Of a DNA stretch of 64,000 nucleotides, positions 48,401 to 57,237 are shown piece after piece. How positions within the stretch are numbered: position 1 is the stretch's first letter; each line of letters opens with the position of its first letter. The stretch is from a virus. Made by a program: the position numbers and the translations under genes. The notes under the pieces were generated by a model that worked only from the letters and a program-made list of their open reading frames with translations, had not been told where the DNA came from and searched no databases. Where the stretch lies: positions 11,632 to 75,631 of the IMG/VR virus record IMGVR_UViG_3300027779_002128, one strand, 5' to 3'.

Positions 48401-49654
48401 TTTAATGGCCGCCAAACTTTCTGCAGGACTACTGTTACCTACAGCGTATTGTAAACTGTAAGTTAACGATAAGTTATATTTCTTACCTGCTTCGTTTGTA
48501 TAAGGTACTGATATTGATAGCCCTCTTGCTTCTTCTGGATCCATAGTGTATCTCGAAGGATCACTAGTTCTGTACCATAGTCTGTAAATTCCTGTAGGCA
48601 CGTTTCCAAATTCACCGTCTGGGAAACGTAATCTTATTCCGTTGCTGTCGCCTATGTTTTCTACAGAGTATAAATTTCTTGAGTCTAAACTTTTACTGTT
48701 ATAGTTTAGAGTTTGTCCAACTGTGTTAGGAATTTTCTCCCACTTAGACAACACTTGACCGCCTGTGTTTACTTCTTGTAAGTACACATCTGATTCGTTA
48801 ATATTTTCAATTAGCACATCTTGTGTTCTACTTTCAACTGGTGTTGTAAAATTGTAGTCTGTAAATGCCAACGATCCTTGTCTAAACATAACAAAGAACC
48901 CTGTGTTGCTACTGCTTGTTCCTTTGCCATCATTTCTATAAATTAGATTAAACAAGTTTGTCGGATCTGGGTGCCTTTCATAAAAATGACTGTTGTCCTT
49001 AAAATCTGGATTAACAATATTAAACTGTTTAGTTGCCCCATTAATGTTTACAGAGTTATTATATGTTATAGGAGAGTTGAAAGGTGTATTAAGTTGATAC
49101 AACTCTGTGTTAATGCTGTTAACTGTTCCTGTTTTAATAGGAGATGAGAATCTATTAGTGCTACTCATTGCAGAGTTCAGTACTGTAATAAACTGTTCAT
49201 AGTTGTCTGAGTTATTTACATCATCCCAGAGGATTGTTTTATTCATTAAATTAACGCCTAAACTGTCTGTAAGAGGCTCTGTTGTTTTTACACCTGTAAG
49301 TTTCATTACTCCACTGGCAGGAATGTTTCTTTTAGGATTGTAACCTAGCATTCTTGCAAGTTTAAACACTGAGTCTTTTCGTTCTGCTGTCTCTAAGAAG
49401 TTTTCTCTAGTGTTCACGTCCATTCTGAATGCTAATGACTGCGACAGGTATGCCAGCAATTCTATAATTGCTATAAATTCTGAGCTCTCAATATAGTCGT
49501 TAAAGTTTTCTGGGAAATTTGTTTTAACGTAGTCGACCATTGCACCACGCATGGTGTCAAAGTCGTATGCTTGATAATCTACCTGACTGTATGCCTTGTA
49601 AGCAATTTTCCAATCTTCTGCGGCAAATAAATTGTTTTGTCTACTTTTAGCCAT
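45443..49654 (-). CDS. Baseplate wedge protein (T4 gp6-like N-terminus)
   Basis: YDFDTMR..FNDYIESS..IELLAY..ENFLETAERKDSV.KLARMLGYNPKR; ESL..IK.RAP..TQNRMVSAQDY; NWEFGE; follows the gp25-like gene. Confidence 0.85.
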   Translation of the reverse strand: MAKSRQNNLFAAEDWKIAYKAYSQVDYQAYDFDTMRGAMVDYVKTNFPENFNDYIESSEFIAIIELLAYLSQSLAFRMDVNTRENFLETAERKDSVFKLARMLGYNPKRNIPASGVMKLTGVKTTEPLTDSLGVNLMNKTILWDDVNNSDNYEQFITVLNSAMSSTNRFSSPIKTGTVNSINTELYQLNTPFNSPITYNNSVNINGATKQFNIVNPDFKDNSHFYERHPDPTNLFNLIYRNDGKGTSSSNTGFFVMFRQGSLAFTDYNFTTPVESRTQDVLIENINESDVYLQEVNTGGQVLSKWEKIPNTVGQTLNYNSKSLDSRNLYSVENIGDSNGIRLRFPDGEFGNVPTGIYRLWYRTSDPSRYTMDPEEARGLSISVPYTNEAGKKYNLSLTYSLQYAVGNSSPAESLAAIKDRAPKTFYTQNRMVSAQDYNVFPETQSSNVTKIKAINRTHSGHSRYIDINDPTGTYHNIDTFADDAFVYANNSNYKQEITVNDATTALEVVASVIPAALKDRKVNNFVYYKMRNVWTNTATGGAYANFRYTAHDAVLWNALPLTETSKTGYISEQFTDGNRNVLVNTLAKTSMFKENTFLKFVNPSDLAGYKWVRIVNIENRGALSAGLSTSIGPITLSEEVNSSWEVREVIVSMRKLFSTAEIGGASGFETAIKNRETFGIGYNLQTDTWYKIPSTELTTASKTGSYSLNSVQAGPNSWVILMEYSAIDINNYKYKMTIRGAEYVVQSEADLKFYNVKSVKTLGSDNKSNKDTVIITSTNTKPGTSETFEWSGTQWTNTEHGIAITPIGLAINLPLRTRDTKATDVDTQWVSNFGILKTYGTNVADQVVNNKYVDEAIVTLNTYHQVGGITSETNVVIANNIGTIQSLPSKIDIPFNDTTFGIKFVDTTESIPYMVYRQVPNEGSAGTEKIFKSRAQVVTANGVAGTGAGATETVKSWGADGSAVDSTPDLGRLHLKSYDTVTGVGKLEYARVQNGDYHYSRDDTANPPYRDKIVVHYENSREKLDKPIEWEVVDSFKESDGYTDNRKVIVAPLDTDNDLVPDRPIQFLEYVDATDYVFFSYYTDFDGYKYDKPYTGVIRDFRREDTLLINDARDTVSPTSYRKDVSLSSSQWIVVKNKTVATQFEDLVNTKGLIVTTADDMKTYQLTPLSTSLTQVKLNLTTDYFVKNGRGKTQNSDAPFIAPGTIRWNHVAPSDVRIDPSISNVVEMVVLTTSYYTDVLEWQARQIGTFPLEPTSDELSSEFAILDSYKSASDTLVYRSAKFKLLFGSSADAVCQAKFKVIKLSDQISDNELKAKVINAINIYFAVTNWEFGESFYFTELSSYIHQQLGSNIGSIVILPKTSTGKFGEMFQVKAEPNELFISTATVSDIEIVSRLDNQTLGS

Positions 49655-50028
49655 TAACTAATACCTTCATTTATTTGTTGAGTATAAGTTAGGTATAATG
49701 TTTCAACGGAACCAAACGGTATCACGTCTATTATAACTTCAGCACTTATAGAGTTATCCAATACAAGCACTTTTACTTCTTTCTCACCGACCCTTGGGTC
49801 TTTTTTTAATATTCTTTGTATATCTTCCTTGGCAAGTTTTTCAACGTTACTATCTGCTGGGTCCATTAATAAGTCCCAAATAATACACCCAAAGTTTGGT
49901 CTCATTGCCCGTTCACCCTTTTTAGTGTATAGCTCGTTTTGTAAATCACGGAGTACTGTATCGGCACCAGTTGTAGTAAATGGTGCTTTAGTTTTACCTA
50001 TTGTATTAAATCCGATTAATCTAGCCAT
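49654..50028 (-). CDS. gp25: Baseplate wedge subunit, gp25/GPW-like; probable start ATG 50028
   Basis: L.T.KGER.MRPNFG..IWDLL.DP...I...DPRV signature. Confidence 0.85.
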   Translation of the reverse strand: MARLIGFNTIGKTKAPFTTTGADTVLRDLQNELYTKKGERAMRPNFGCIIWDLLMDPADSNVEKLAKEDIQRILKKDPRVGEKEVKVLVLDNSISAEVIIDVIPFGSVETLYLTYTQQINEGIS

Positions 50029-50033
50029 ACTGT

Positions 50034-50065
50034 TATTTATCAGAATCATTATAACAAGTTTTAAT
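50034..50065 (-). promoter_or_regulatory. Late promoter GATAAATA with upstream near-palindrome
   Basis: TATTTATC at 50034-50041; ATTATA ACAAGT TTTAAT at 50048-50065. Confidence 0.65.
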
Positions 50066-50183
50066 TTACCAAAAAGGGTAGCAACCTGTATGTAATATGC
50101 TTAAATACAAGTAAGCACATTCTTGTGTGAAACAAACGATATACATTATCGTTCCATGTAAACCCACGTGCAAGGGGATATGA

Positions 50184-50426
50184 ATGCGTCATCTTTCAAA
50201 CGTGTTTAATGAGATTTGGGCAGTAGCAGAAGAGCGTAACCGATCAGGCAATCGTTTTATTAAGATTTACGAATCTAAAAAGCGATATGTTACGTTTGGG
50301 ATTTATGATTCCAGGACAAAGCGTTATTGTATGTTTAATACAATAAACCTTGTTGGTAACTTTCGGTATAACTCAAAGGTTGTGCCGCCAGAATTCTCAG
50401 AAATGAGACATTTGGTTAACTCTTAG
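50184..50426 (+). CDS. Small basic hypothetical protein (80 aa)
   Basis: SD-like AGGGGA upstream, TAAATA at 50102-50107, terminator-like hairpin directly after the stop. Confidence 0.65.
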   Translation: MRHLSNVFNEIWAVAEERNRSGNRFIKIYESKKRYVTFGIYDSRTKRYCMFNTINLVGNFRYNSKVVPPEFSEMRHLVNS

Positions 50427-50431
50427 AAGTG

Positions 50432-50468
50432 AGGGCAGTTCGTCTGCCCTTGTTTCTCCTTCCTTTTT
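50432..50468 (+). terminator. Probable terminator hairpin
   Basis: AGGGCAG-TTCGT-CTGCCCT followed by a pyrimidine-rich tail. Confidence 0.55.
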
Positions 50469-50491
50469 ATCGTTTAAGTGTAAATAGTACT

Positions 50492-50674
50492 ATGCAACAA
50501 AACCATGAAATGACCGAAGCAGAACTTTATAGGAAAGCTGTAATTAATCTTGAAGGACGGTGTAAGGCACTAGAACAAGAGGTTAAAACAGAGAATTCGT
50601 TAAAATATACTGCATATAAAAGGATTGCTGATTTAACTGCGGAACTTAATTTACTAAAAAGTAAGACTAGTTAA
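50492..50674 (+). CDS. Small coiled-coil hypothetical protein (60 aa from ATG 50492)
   Basis: TAAATA at 50481-50486 lies 5 nt before the ATG; heptad-like sequence. Confidence 0.6.
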   Translation: MQQNHEMTEAELYRKAVINLEGRCKALEQEVKTENSLKYTAYKRIADLTAELNLLKSKTS

Positions 50675-53391
50675 GCAGGTCCATCTTCGGACGTCTTTTT
50701 AACGTAAAATTCTTCACGTTTTGCCTTGAGCATGTCTGCCAACACGCTCCACGGTACCCCACCTTCGGGTAAATCACCTAAGTTTATATCCATTTCATCC
50801 GGTGATTGAAACAACTGAGACTCGTATAGCCTTTGTGCTACAAGTACAGGGTCTATTGTGCCGCCTGGCTTGTCTAATACCCATTTCTGCATTTCTCTTG
50901 CTACGTTTTTATGTTGATCTGTATCATTTAACATAGTTGCAACTCTACTGCCAGCAAATACTTCTGGGCTAATGCTGTTAGCAAAACTAGTAATAGCAAG
51001 TTTACCATGATCATGCAGTGGTACTTTTAAATCGCCTGATATAGTATTGTATGTGTTGTTAAGGTCAGCAACTAGTCCTAATGTTGCTCCTACAGGGCCT
51101 ATGCCTCCACTAAAGTCAACAAGTTTATTACCGAATGCGTCTTCAAAAATCATTTCGCCATCAACTGGCATAGATATACCGTGTGATGCTAAAATGTTTT
51201 TTAAGTCTTGTGCGTCTTTAGCCATTGCAACAGCATCGTTAATTAGCCCTTGCATTTCTCCCATCTGGCCTTTTAATAATTCTAAGTCGAATCCAAGTTT
51301 GTCTAAACCGAACTGATTGAGTTGTGCCTGTAACGCAGATAGTTCTTTCTTCAAGCCTATTATTTTCTCCATTAATGCATTTGATGTTGGGAATCTAATA
51401 GGAGGTAATGCGGCTTTTATACCAGCAATTAATCCACCGAGGCCCATTATTTCTAATAATTTGGTTTCATTCATTGTAGTGAAATTGTTAAATATTCCGC
51501 TCATTTTGTCGTATACTGGCGTGCCTTCTAATGCCGACAATGCCGTTCCTATAGGATCTTTTGCGGCATCCATTACTGCTTGGGCGCCACTTAGTGCTTC
51601 TTTGCCAGCGGCTGTTGTGGCATCAAGGGCATCGTTAACTCCAGTAATTACATTTCCATCTTTGTCTTTATAACTGGTTCCTACATTAGAACCTTCTGGT
51701 GTCTGCACAGTATCTGGTTGTTTCTGATCTGATGTACTTGCCCCTTCAGGTAACTTTTCTGTAATGGTCGGGTCTGCTGATGCCTTTTTATTTGACTCCG
51801 CTATAGGGTCAGCATTATAATGTGCCATATACGGCTCTTTTGTAAGCATTGCTGTTACAATAGAGTCTATTTGGTCTACTTTGCCTGTTCTTTCGCCTGC
51901 TGTTGGTGCCATTGCCTCTGGCGTATCGTTTTCTTCTTGGGAATCCTCTGTCGGCTGTTTAGCTGGTTTATTTTTTGGGTCTTTCCACTCTGGTGGCTTA
52001 ACTGCCGCATCTTTAAATTTGTTTGTTCCTATTTGAGGAGCCACTGTAGCAACTACTGCCGGGATAGGTAGCATTGCTGGCGCACTATTTAACTGTACTG
52101 TAGCACCTACAATTGCTGTTATGGCTGGCGACACAATAGTTGAACCTAATAGACCACTTGCCATAAATGCGCCTGTGTTTGCCATTAGTGATATTCCGGA
52201 GCCCCAAGGTGCGGCCACTCCTGCTGTAAATACATCAAACTTGGCACCACTGTTTGCAATCCTTCCTGCGGCACTAAAGTCTATGTCGCCGCCTACAGCA
52301 GTTAGTTGTGCTCCTCTCTGGCCTAATGCAGACCATTCTCCTGCCGCTTCAAATCTTATATTACCACCTACTCCCATTGGTGGTAAACCTAAGGCTCCTA
52401 GAGCAGGTATTCCTGCATAGTCACCATCAGCCTTTCTATCGCCTGCGGCTTTTACATGTACATTTTGTCCAGCTTCTATGTTAATATTCTTATCTGCTCT
52501 GAGATTTAAGTTACCTTCTGATCTCATGTTAATTGAGCCTTCACTAAATAAATTTATGTCTCCATTTGATGCTAACTCAAACCATGCGTTACCACGGTTG
52601 TTAATCATGTATATCGATCCAGTTGTGTCGTCCATTAAGATCTGATTGCCACCTTTTGAACGCAACCTAATCAATGAATTTGTTGGATGGTCGTCCATTA
52701 CAAAACTGTGTCCACCTAATCTTAACTTATCATTTTCTGGATCTCTAGGACCAGGTGTTAAAAAGCCAAATACTTGGCTAGGTGCTTCTCTTCTTGCACC
52801 GCTGGTTCCTGCCCCTCTTAACGGATCGTTAATTAGTCCTTGTAATACTATTCCTTTTGCTATACTAGTATGAACCGGTCTAACAGCATCATTATGTGTT
52901 TGTTTTTCATCTCTGGCATTTTTTTCTTTAACAGGCATCATTATGCTAGGGTCAGTATAATTTAGCCCACTAGGATTGCCAGGTACCATGTGTTGCATCC
53001 TATCTGGATACAAGCAACTTAGTATAAATCCTCTTTTTGGATTCCCGTTAGCAAATGCTACTAAGACTAAGTTACCAACGTCAGGTGGCATCATCCACAT
53101 GCCGTAGCTAGTTCGAGTTTGTGACGATGAAGAGATGTCTGTGCCTGTGCCGTCCATTTCTGTTGCACCTGCAAAAGGCGAAGTAAATTGTACATTAAAA
53201 TGAGAAGTTGTCTTATCTTTCTCCCCGTCTAATGCTTCTATGAAGACTCGTACCCTCCCTGCTCTAGTATAATCTTTTGAGTCAACAACTTGACCCACAT
53301 ATACATTACTCAATTGTTTCTTACTTAGTGCCTGATAAGCCTCATCGTCTCTAGAGTCTTTAGTAAATCGTGTTTTGTTTACATCAACCAT
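50671..53391 (-). CDS. Baseplate central spike (gp5/VgrG-like) with degenerate C-terminal GH24 lysozyme-like domain
   Basis: OB-fold G.V....D....GRVRV..SYGMWM.PPDVGN.VLV.F.NG; GHSFVMDD..IRLRS..G.QILMDD beta-helix; lysozyme-like C-terminal helices. Confidence 0.8.
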   Translation of the reverse strand: MVDVNKTRFTKDSRDDEAYQALSKKQLSNVYVGQVVDSKDYTRAGRVRVFIEALDGEKDKTTSHFNVQFTSPFAGATEMDGTGTDISSSSQTRTSYGMWMMPPDVGNLVLVAFANGNPKRGFILSCLYPDRMQHMVPGNPSGLNYTDPSIMMPVKEKNARDEKQTHNDAVRPVHTSIAKGIVLQGLINDPLRGAGTSGARREAPSQVFGFLTPGPRDPENDKLRLGGHSFVMDDHPTNSLIRLRSKGGNQILMDDTTGSIYMINNRGNAWFELASNGDINLFSEGSINMRSEGNLNLRADKNINIEAGQNVHVKAAGDRKADGDYAGIPALGALGLPPMGVGGNIRFEAAGEWSALGQRGAQLTAVGGDIDFSAAGRIANSGAKFDVFTAGVAAPWGSGISLMANTGAFMASGLLGSTIVSPAITAIVGATVQLNSAPAMLPIPAVVATVAPQIGTNKFKDAAVKPPEWKDPKNKPAKQPTEDSQEENDTPEAMAPTAGERTGKVDQIDSIVTAMLTKEPYMAHYNADPIAESNKKASADPTITEKLPEGASTSDQKQPDTVQTPEGSNVGTSYKDKDGNVITGVNDALDATTAAGKEALSGAQAVMDAAKDPIGTALSALEGTPVYDKMSGIFNNFTTMNETKLLEIMGLGGLIAGIKAALPPIRFPTSNALMEKIIGLKKELSALQAQLNQFGLDKLGFDLELLKGQMGEMQGLINDAVAMAKDAQDLKNILASHGISMPVDGEMIFEDAFGNKLVDFSGGIGPVGATLGLVADLNNTYNTISGDLKVPLHDHGKLAITSFANSISPEVFAGSRVATMLNDTDQHKNVAREMQKWVLDKPGGTIDPVLVAQRLYESQLFQSPDEMDINLGDLPEGGVPWSVLADMLKAKREEFYVKKTSEDGPA

Positions 53392-55900
53392 TATTATCTG
53401 CCTCTGGATCTTCTGTAGTTATAGACGAGCCATCTTCTGCTGTGTCTTTGCGTCGTGAGTCTGATTCGGCTTTTAATTTTGCCGCTTGTCTTTTAGCTTC
53501 AAGTTCCGCTAGTTTGGCTGGATTGGTTGGTATAATTCTCTGTGCTTGAATATCCACTGTAAATTGTCCACCTGAAAAGTTATTAGTACATTTAATCAAT
53601 CTATAAATTCCACCAAAAGTTCTTGACTCGCCATCACCGGACCAGTAACCACTATTTATTTCACTGTCTTCATCTCGCCAATCCATATCGAATGTCTTAG
53701 GCGAACGTATACTTAAATAAAAATGATTGTCGTTTTTTCGAAAGTTAGCAAATTCACTATTTGACGGTTCAAGCGTGTCTGTGCCTAAATACCAAGGGTC
53801 GCCTCTTAATGACATATCTAAATTTATTAGGAATCCTATATCGTTTGAGTGCTGACTTGCAATAACACCGAATAAACTATTTTGTAAACTACCTTTCTTA
53901 ATAGTTCCTGATTGGTTGGCGGTTTCTGCTTGCATAACAGACGTTATAATTCTAGGCTTAAGACCTTCAAAGCCAGCTGTTTTTCTTTGCTCTTCGTTTA
54001 GTTGTAAGTAGCCTAATGCAGAAATTTCGTCTGCAGTTAGAGGTGTTTCTAATGAATTAACTAAGTCAACTGCGTAATTGACTCCTGATAACTCCAGAGC
54101 ACTATCTACGTCAAACGACTCCACTGCAACAGAAGAGTTAATCTTGTTATTTGCGAGTAATTTTTTGGTCTGGTCCGATTGTTGTATTGCATCTTCTAAT
54201 GCTGTTCTGGCAAGGGCGTTCTTACCTTCTATAGCATCTTTTATAGTGTTGTCATCTAGTCCTGACATATCTGATAATGACTGCATAAATCCACTAGCGG
54301 CATTCTTGCCGTCTTGAACTTGCCCTGCTAGTGCTGTGATATCATCTAGAAAACTAGAAAATTGATCTGCTAGGTTTGCCTCTTCTGTTTTATTAGTAAC
54401 AGCTTTAATAACACCTTCTGCAGTCACGTCTGTCCTAAGCCCAACTGAGCCTGCTATTAGACTTTGTGCATCGGCGCCTGCGCCAATGGCTCCGCCTTTT
54501 GGTGGGACTAAGAGTGCAATACCTGTGTCATACTTGATATCGAGATTTAAGATTTGGTCGTTTAGGCCCGAAAACAAGTAATGGTATGATTTTTTAATTC
54601 CGCCAGTATCAATTATCTCTTGTGTCCTTTGGACATATTCTTCTTCTGTTATAATAGCTTCTTTATGATCTACTATAATATCATTTCTTGAACTTTTATA
54701 TAGTGTAGGTATGTATGTAATTTTGTATGCATACGCACTTCTTATTGTATCGTACTTTAATTGCTTTACTTTTGCATCCATTTTATACCAAGTAACGAAT
54801 GCGGCTTTTGATGTTACTTCGGATTCTGGGTCGTCTATAGCTACTTTTCTTGATATTTTTGTGTAAAATTCGTCGTTCATGGCTAACAATATGCCTAAAT
54901 ATTTTTCTATAGTCATGCCTTTTGTTGCTTTTATATTGTCGCCGTCTATAAGTTTTTCTTGTTCCTTGACAGCGTCTTCGGGCTCTTCAGCAATAGCTTT
55001 ACCGTGTTCAACAGCATCGCCAATGGCAAAAGACATGTTTAGCTGTCTGTTAATATCTTCTACTTTAGGGTCGGTATTAGTAAACACTTTCTCGTCGAGA
55101 ATTGCTGTGTCACTCTCAGTAGTTGTTGTGATTAATTGACTTAGGTCAAACTCAAATTCGTCCGGCACAGAATTAGTTGCTGAATCTTTGTGGTAAGCAT
55201 TTAATTGGTCTGTTAACGAGGTTAAATGCTCTGTTATAGTTGAGCCTGATGTATTAATAGGAGTAGGTAATTTAAATAACGGATAAGTGTAAGCATAGGT
55301 TGACATAGGCTTAGTTTCAATATTATACACACTTCCGCCAGCGTTAATTTCTGCTGTAGCTCTAGTAAGGTGTAATTTCCATCTATAAGGTCGGGTTATT
55401 ATTGACGGCTTTCCACTTTCTTCATTATCCTCAGGTGAATCCGAAGTCTTGCCATCGGCCGAATCTACTACTTCTGCACTATATCCCTTCCACGAAATTT
55501 CTAAAAACATAATAGGCATAGAATCAGCTTCTTGTCCTAAGTATGCTCTTGCTAATTGTAATTGATCTAAAAACGTTGCGGCGCCTGGTTGAGTTATAGT
55601 AAAATTAATTCCTACTGCATTTGGACCTTCTGTTGTTTTTAAAGATTCTATAGTTAAGTCATCAATTGTTGTTGCTGTAACACCTGTTTGTGCTAATATA
55701 ACTATGTCTGCTGGGCTACCTGTTAGCGACTCATCAAACGAAGCAGTACCTGAGACAGCATCTTCGGTTTTTTGTTTCGTCATCATGTACAGTTTAAGAT
55801 TGTAAGTAGGTACTGCATAATTGTCGAGAACGTTCCCGTAAACTTTGCCTACATATGGGTCATCTATCTGTGGTATGTTGTCAGGCTTAAATGGTTCCAT
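53384..55900 (-). CDS. Baseplate hub-like protein (gp27/GpD-type)
   Basis: Position between gp53-like and gp5-like genes; LRGDPWYL and GIYRLIKCTNNFSGGQFT C-terminal pattern. Confidence 0.6.
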   Translation of the reverse strand: MEPFKPDNIPQIDDPYVGKVYGNVLDNYAVPTYNLKLYMMTKQKTEDAVSGTASFDESLTGSPADIVILAQTGVTATTIDDLTIESLKTTEGPNAVGINFTITQPGAATFLDQLQLARAYLGQEADSMPIMFLEISWKGYSAEVVDSADGKTSDSPEDNEESGKPSIITRPYRWKLHLTRATAEINAGGSVYNIETKPMSTYAYTYPLFKLPTPINTSGSTITEHLTSLTDQLNAYHKDSATNSVPDEFEFDLSQLITTTTESDTAILDEKVFTNTDPKVEDINRQLNMSFAIGDAVEHGKAIAEEPEDAVKEQEKLIDGDNIKATKGMTIEKYLGILLAMNDEFYTKISRKVAIDDPESEVTSKAAFVTWYKMDAKVKQLKYDTIRSAYAYKITYIPTLYKSSRNDIIVDHKEAIITEEEYVQRTQEIIDTGGIKKSYHYLFSGLNDQILNLDIKYDTGIALLVPPKGGAIGAGADAQSLIAGSVGLRTDVTAEGVIKAVTNKTEEANLADQFSSFLDDITALAGQVQDGKNAASGFMQSLSDMSGLDDNTIKDAIEGKNALARTALEDAIQQSDQTKKLLANNKINSSVAVESFDVDSALELSGVNYAVDLVNSLETPLTADEISALGYLQLNEEQRKTAGFEGLKPRIITSVMQAETANQSGTIKKGSLQNSLFGVIASQHSNDIGFLINLDMSLRGDPWYLGTDTLEPSNSEFANFRKNDNHFYLSIRSPKTFDMDWRDEDSEINSGYWSGDGESRTFGGIYRLIKCTNNFSGGQFTVDIQAQRIIPTNPAKLAELEAKRQAAKLKAESDSRRKDTAEDGSSITTEDPEADNNG

Positions 55901-55901
55901 A

Positions 55902-56204
55902 TTAACCTATGATGTTTGCTATAGTTGAGCTTGCTGGTAACTTTATAACAGTACCTGTTTTAAAATCTCCTAGTGGATCTTTTAATATATCCGGATTTCT
56001 TGCGGCAAACACCCACCATAGTGCTGTTTTTTCATATAAAACGTAAGCTAATTTATCAGGTCGTTCTTCGTACTCTGCTGTTATAGTGAACGACTCATCA
56101 TTGATACTTTTACCAATGCTAGGCAAGCCAGTGTTAGCGCCGAGAAATTGAGAATCTAGCATTGTTGCATTTCTTAAGAAACTGTTGTTTTTATATCTAG
56201 CCAT
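55902..56204 (-). CDS. Baseplate wedge gp53/LysM-like protein
   Basis: RPDKLAYVLY..LWWVFA.RN..L.DP..DF..G..I.LP. Confidence 0.8.
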   Translation of the reverse strand: MARYKNNSFLRNATMLDSQFLGANTGLPSIGKSINDESFTITAEYEERPDKLAYVLYEKTALWWVFAARNPDILKDPLGDFKTGTVIKLPASSTIANIIG

Positions 56205-57103
56205 TATACAAATCCATCCTTATATGCATCACCACTTGTAAGTCTTGCAAGATCAAACTTCCTTCTAAGTTTTTGTGGAGTGTAAGTTGCTTCCATGTTA
56301 ACCATTATGTTACAACGGGTTGGTACATAGGTTGTTGTTGTTCCTATTTTTACTGGAACATAATCAACTTCTTCTGGTAATACAATGTTGTAACTTGTTA
56401 CCACTACTGGTACGTCATTAAACATATGGTCACCGAGATAACTAAACAGCAACACAGGAGGAGGTGTTCCGTACATACCTGACTCAACAGCACTATCGCC
56501 GTAAAATCCTTTTCCGCATATTTTTAAAAATGTAAATACTGCTAACAAGTATCGAGCTTCGTATATATCGTTAGCAGTCCAGTCACTTGACAAAGGAAAC
56601 ATCGGTGGTGTGCTATTTTCAAATGTATTAATTTGATAATTCATTCCTTGTAGGTGTGCTTGGTTATAATTTGTTTGTCCTTGTACCATAAGAGTAGGTG
56701 TATACTGCCAAACTAGTCCGCCCGATTCTTCTATAGGTCTAAGCATGTAATCTTCAAAATTATCTTTTGATGATTTTGCATAAAACGTGTTCTCGCCACC
56801 TTTCTTCGGTCTTAGTCTAGCTCTCCAGTCTTTTGATTCTTTTAATGTATCATCTTCTTTAAGACTGGCCGCGATTTCTGACATCGTTTTTGCGTCTTGC
56901 AGTAGTTTTTTAATTCTCTCATTGATGTCTGCTTCTGTAAAAGCAGTATTTGGGTTGTCTGGTAATCCATAGCCTGGAAAAGCAGAGCCTAACATTCGGT
57001 CAAAGAACGTTTTTGCTGTAGGATTCAGTTTGCTACTTGCTTCAGCTATTTTGTTATTTAATAACCCATTAAAGGCATTTTTGCTTCTGTCGAATATTCC
57101 CAT
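56204..57103 (-). CDS. Baseplate/tail-tube initiator-like protein
   Basis: YTP...GTPPPVLLFSYLG..MFNDVPVVVTS...DVDY-like pattern; precedes the gp53-like gene; SD GGAG. Confidence 0.55.
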   Translation of the reverse strand: MGIFDRSKNAFNGLLNNKIAEASSKLNPTAKTFFDRMLGSAFPGYGLPDNPNTAFTEADINERIKKLLQDAKTMSEIAASLKEDDTLKESKDWRARLRPKKGGENTFYAKSSKDNFEDYMLRPIEESGGLVWQYTPTLMVQGQTNYNQAHLQGMNYQINTFENSTPPMFPLSSDWTANDIYEARYLLAVFTFLKICGKGFYGDSAVESGMYGTPPPVLLFSYLGDHMFNDVPVVVTSYNIVLPEEVDYVPVKIGTTTTYVPTRCNIMVNMEATYTPQKLRRKFDLARLTSGDAYKDGFV

Positions 57104-57121
57104 ATATATCTCCTATAGTTG

Positions 57122-57153
57122 TATTTATCACAATCATTAAACGCTGTTTTAAT
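57122..57153 (-). promoter_or_regulatory. Late promoter GATAAATA with upstream palindrome
   Basis: TATTTATC at 57122-57129; ATTAAA CGCTGT TTTAAT at 57136-57153. Confidence 0.65.
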
Positions 57154-57178
57154 ATTTCACAATATTGGCAAATTCTTC

Positions 57179-57206
57179 TTGACTTTTGTTAAGTATAGTA
57201 TATAAT
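57179..57206 (+). promoter_or_regulatory. Host sigma70-type promoter for the gp55-47-46 operon
   Basis: TTGACT-N16-TATAAT about 30 nt upstream of the ATG at 57238, which has a GGAG SD. Confidence 0.6.
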
Positions 57207-57237
57207 ATGTGTTTACAATTGAATATCTGGAGAAATT

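Noticed and set aside
13267-55139. Numerous plus-strand ORFs of 60-260 aa opposite the structural genes
   Set aside because: Antisense shadows caused by codon bias in Thr/Ala/Val/Gly-rich genes; only 50184-50426 and 50492-50674 are intergenic and credible.
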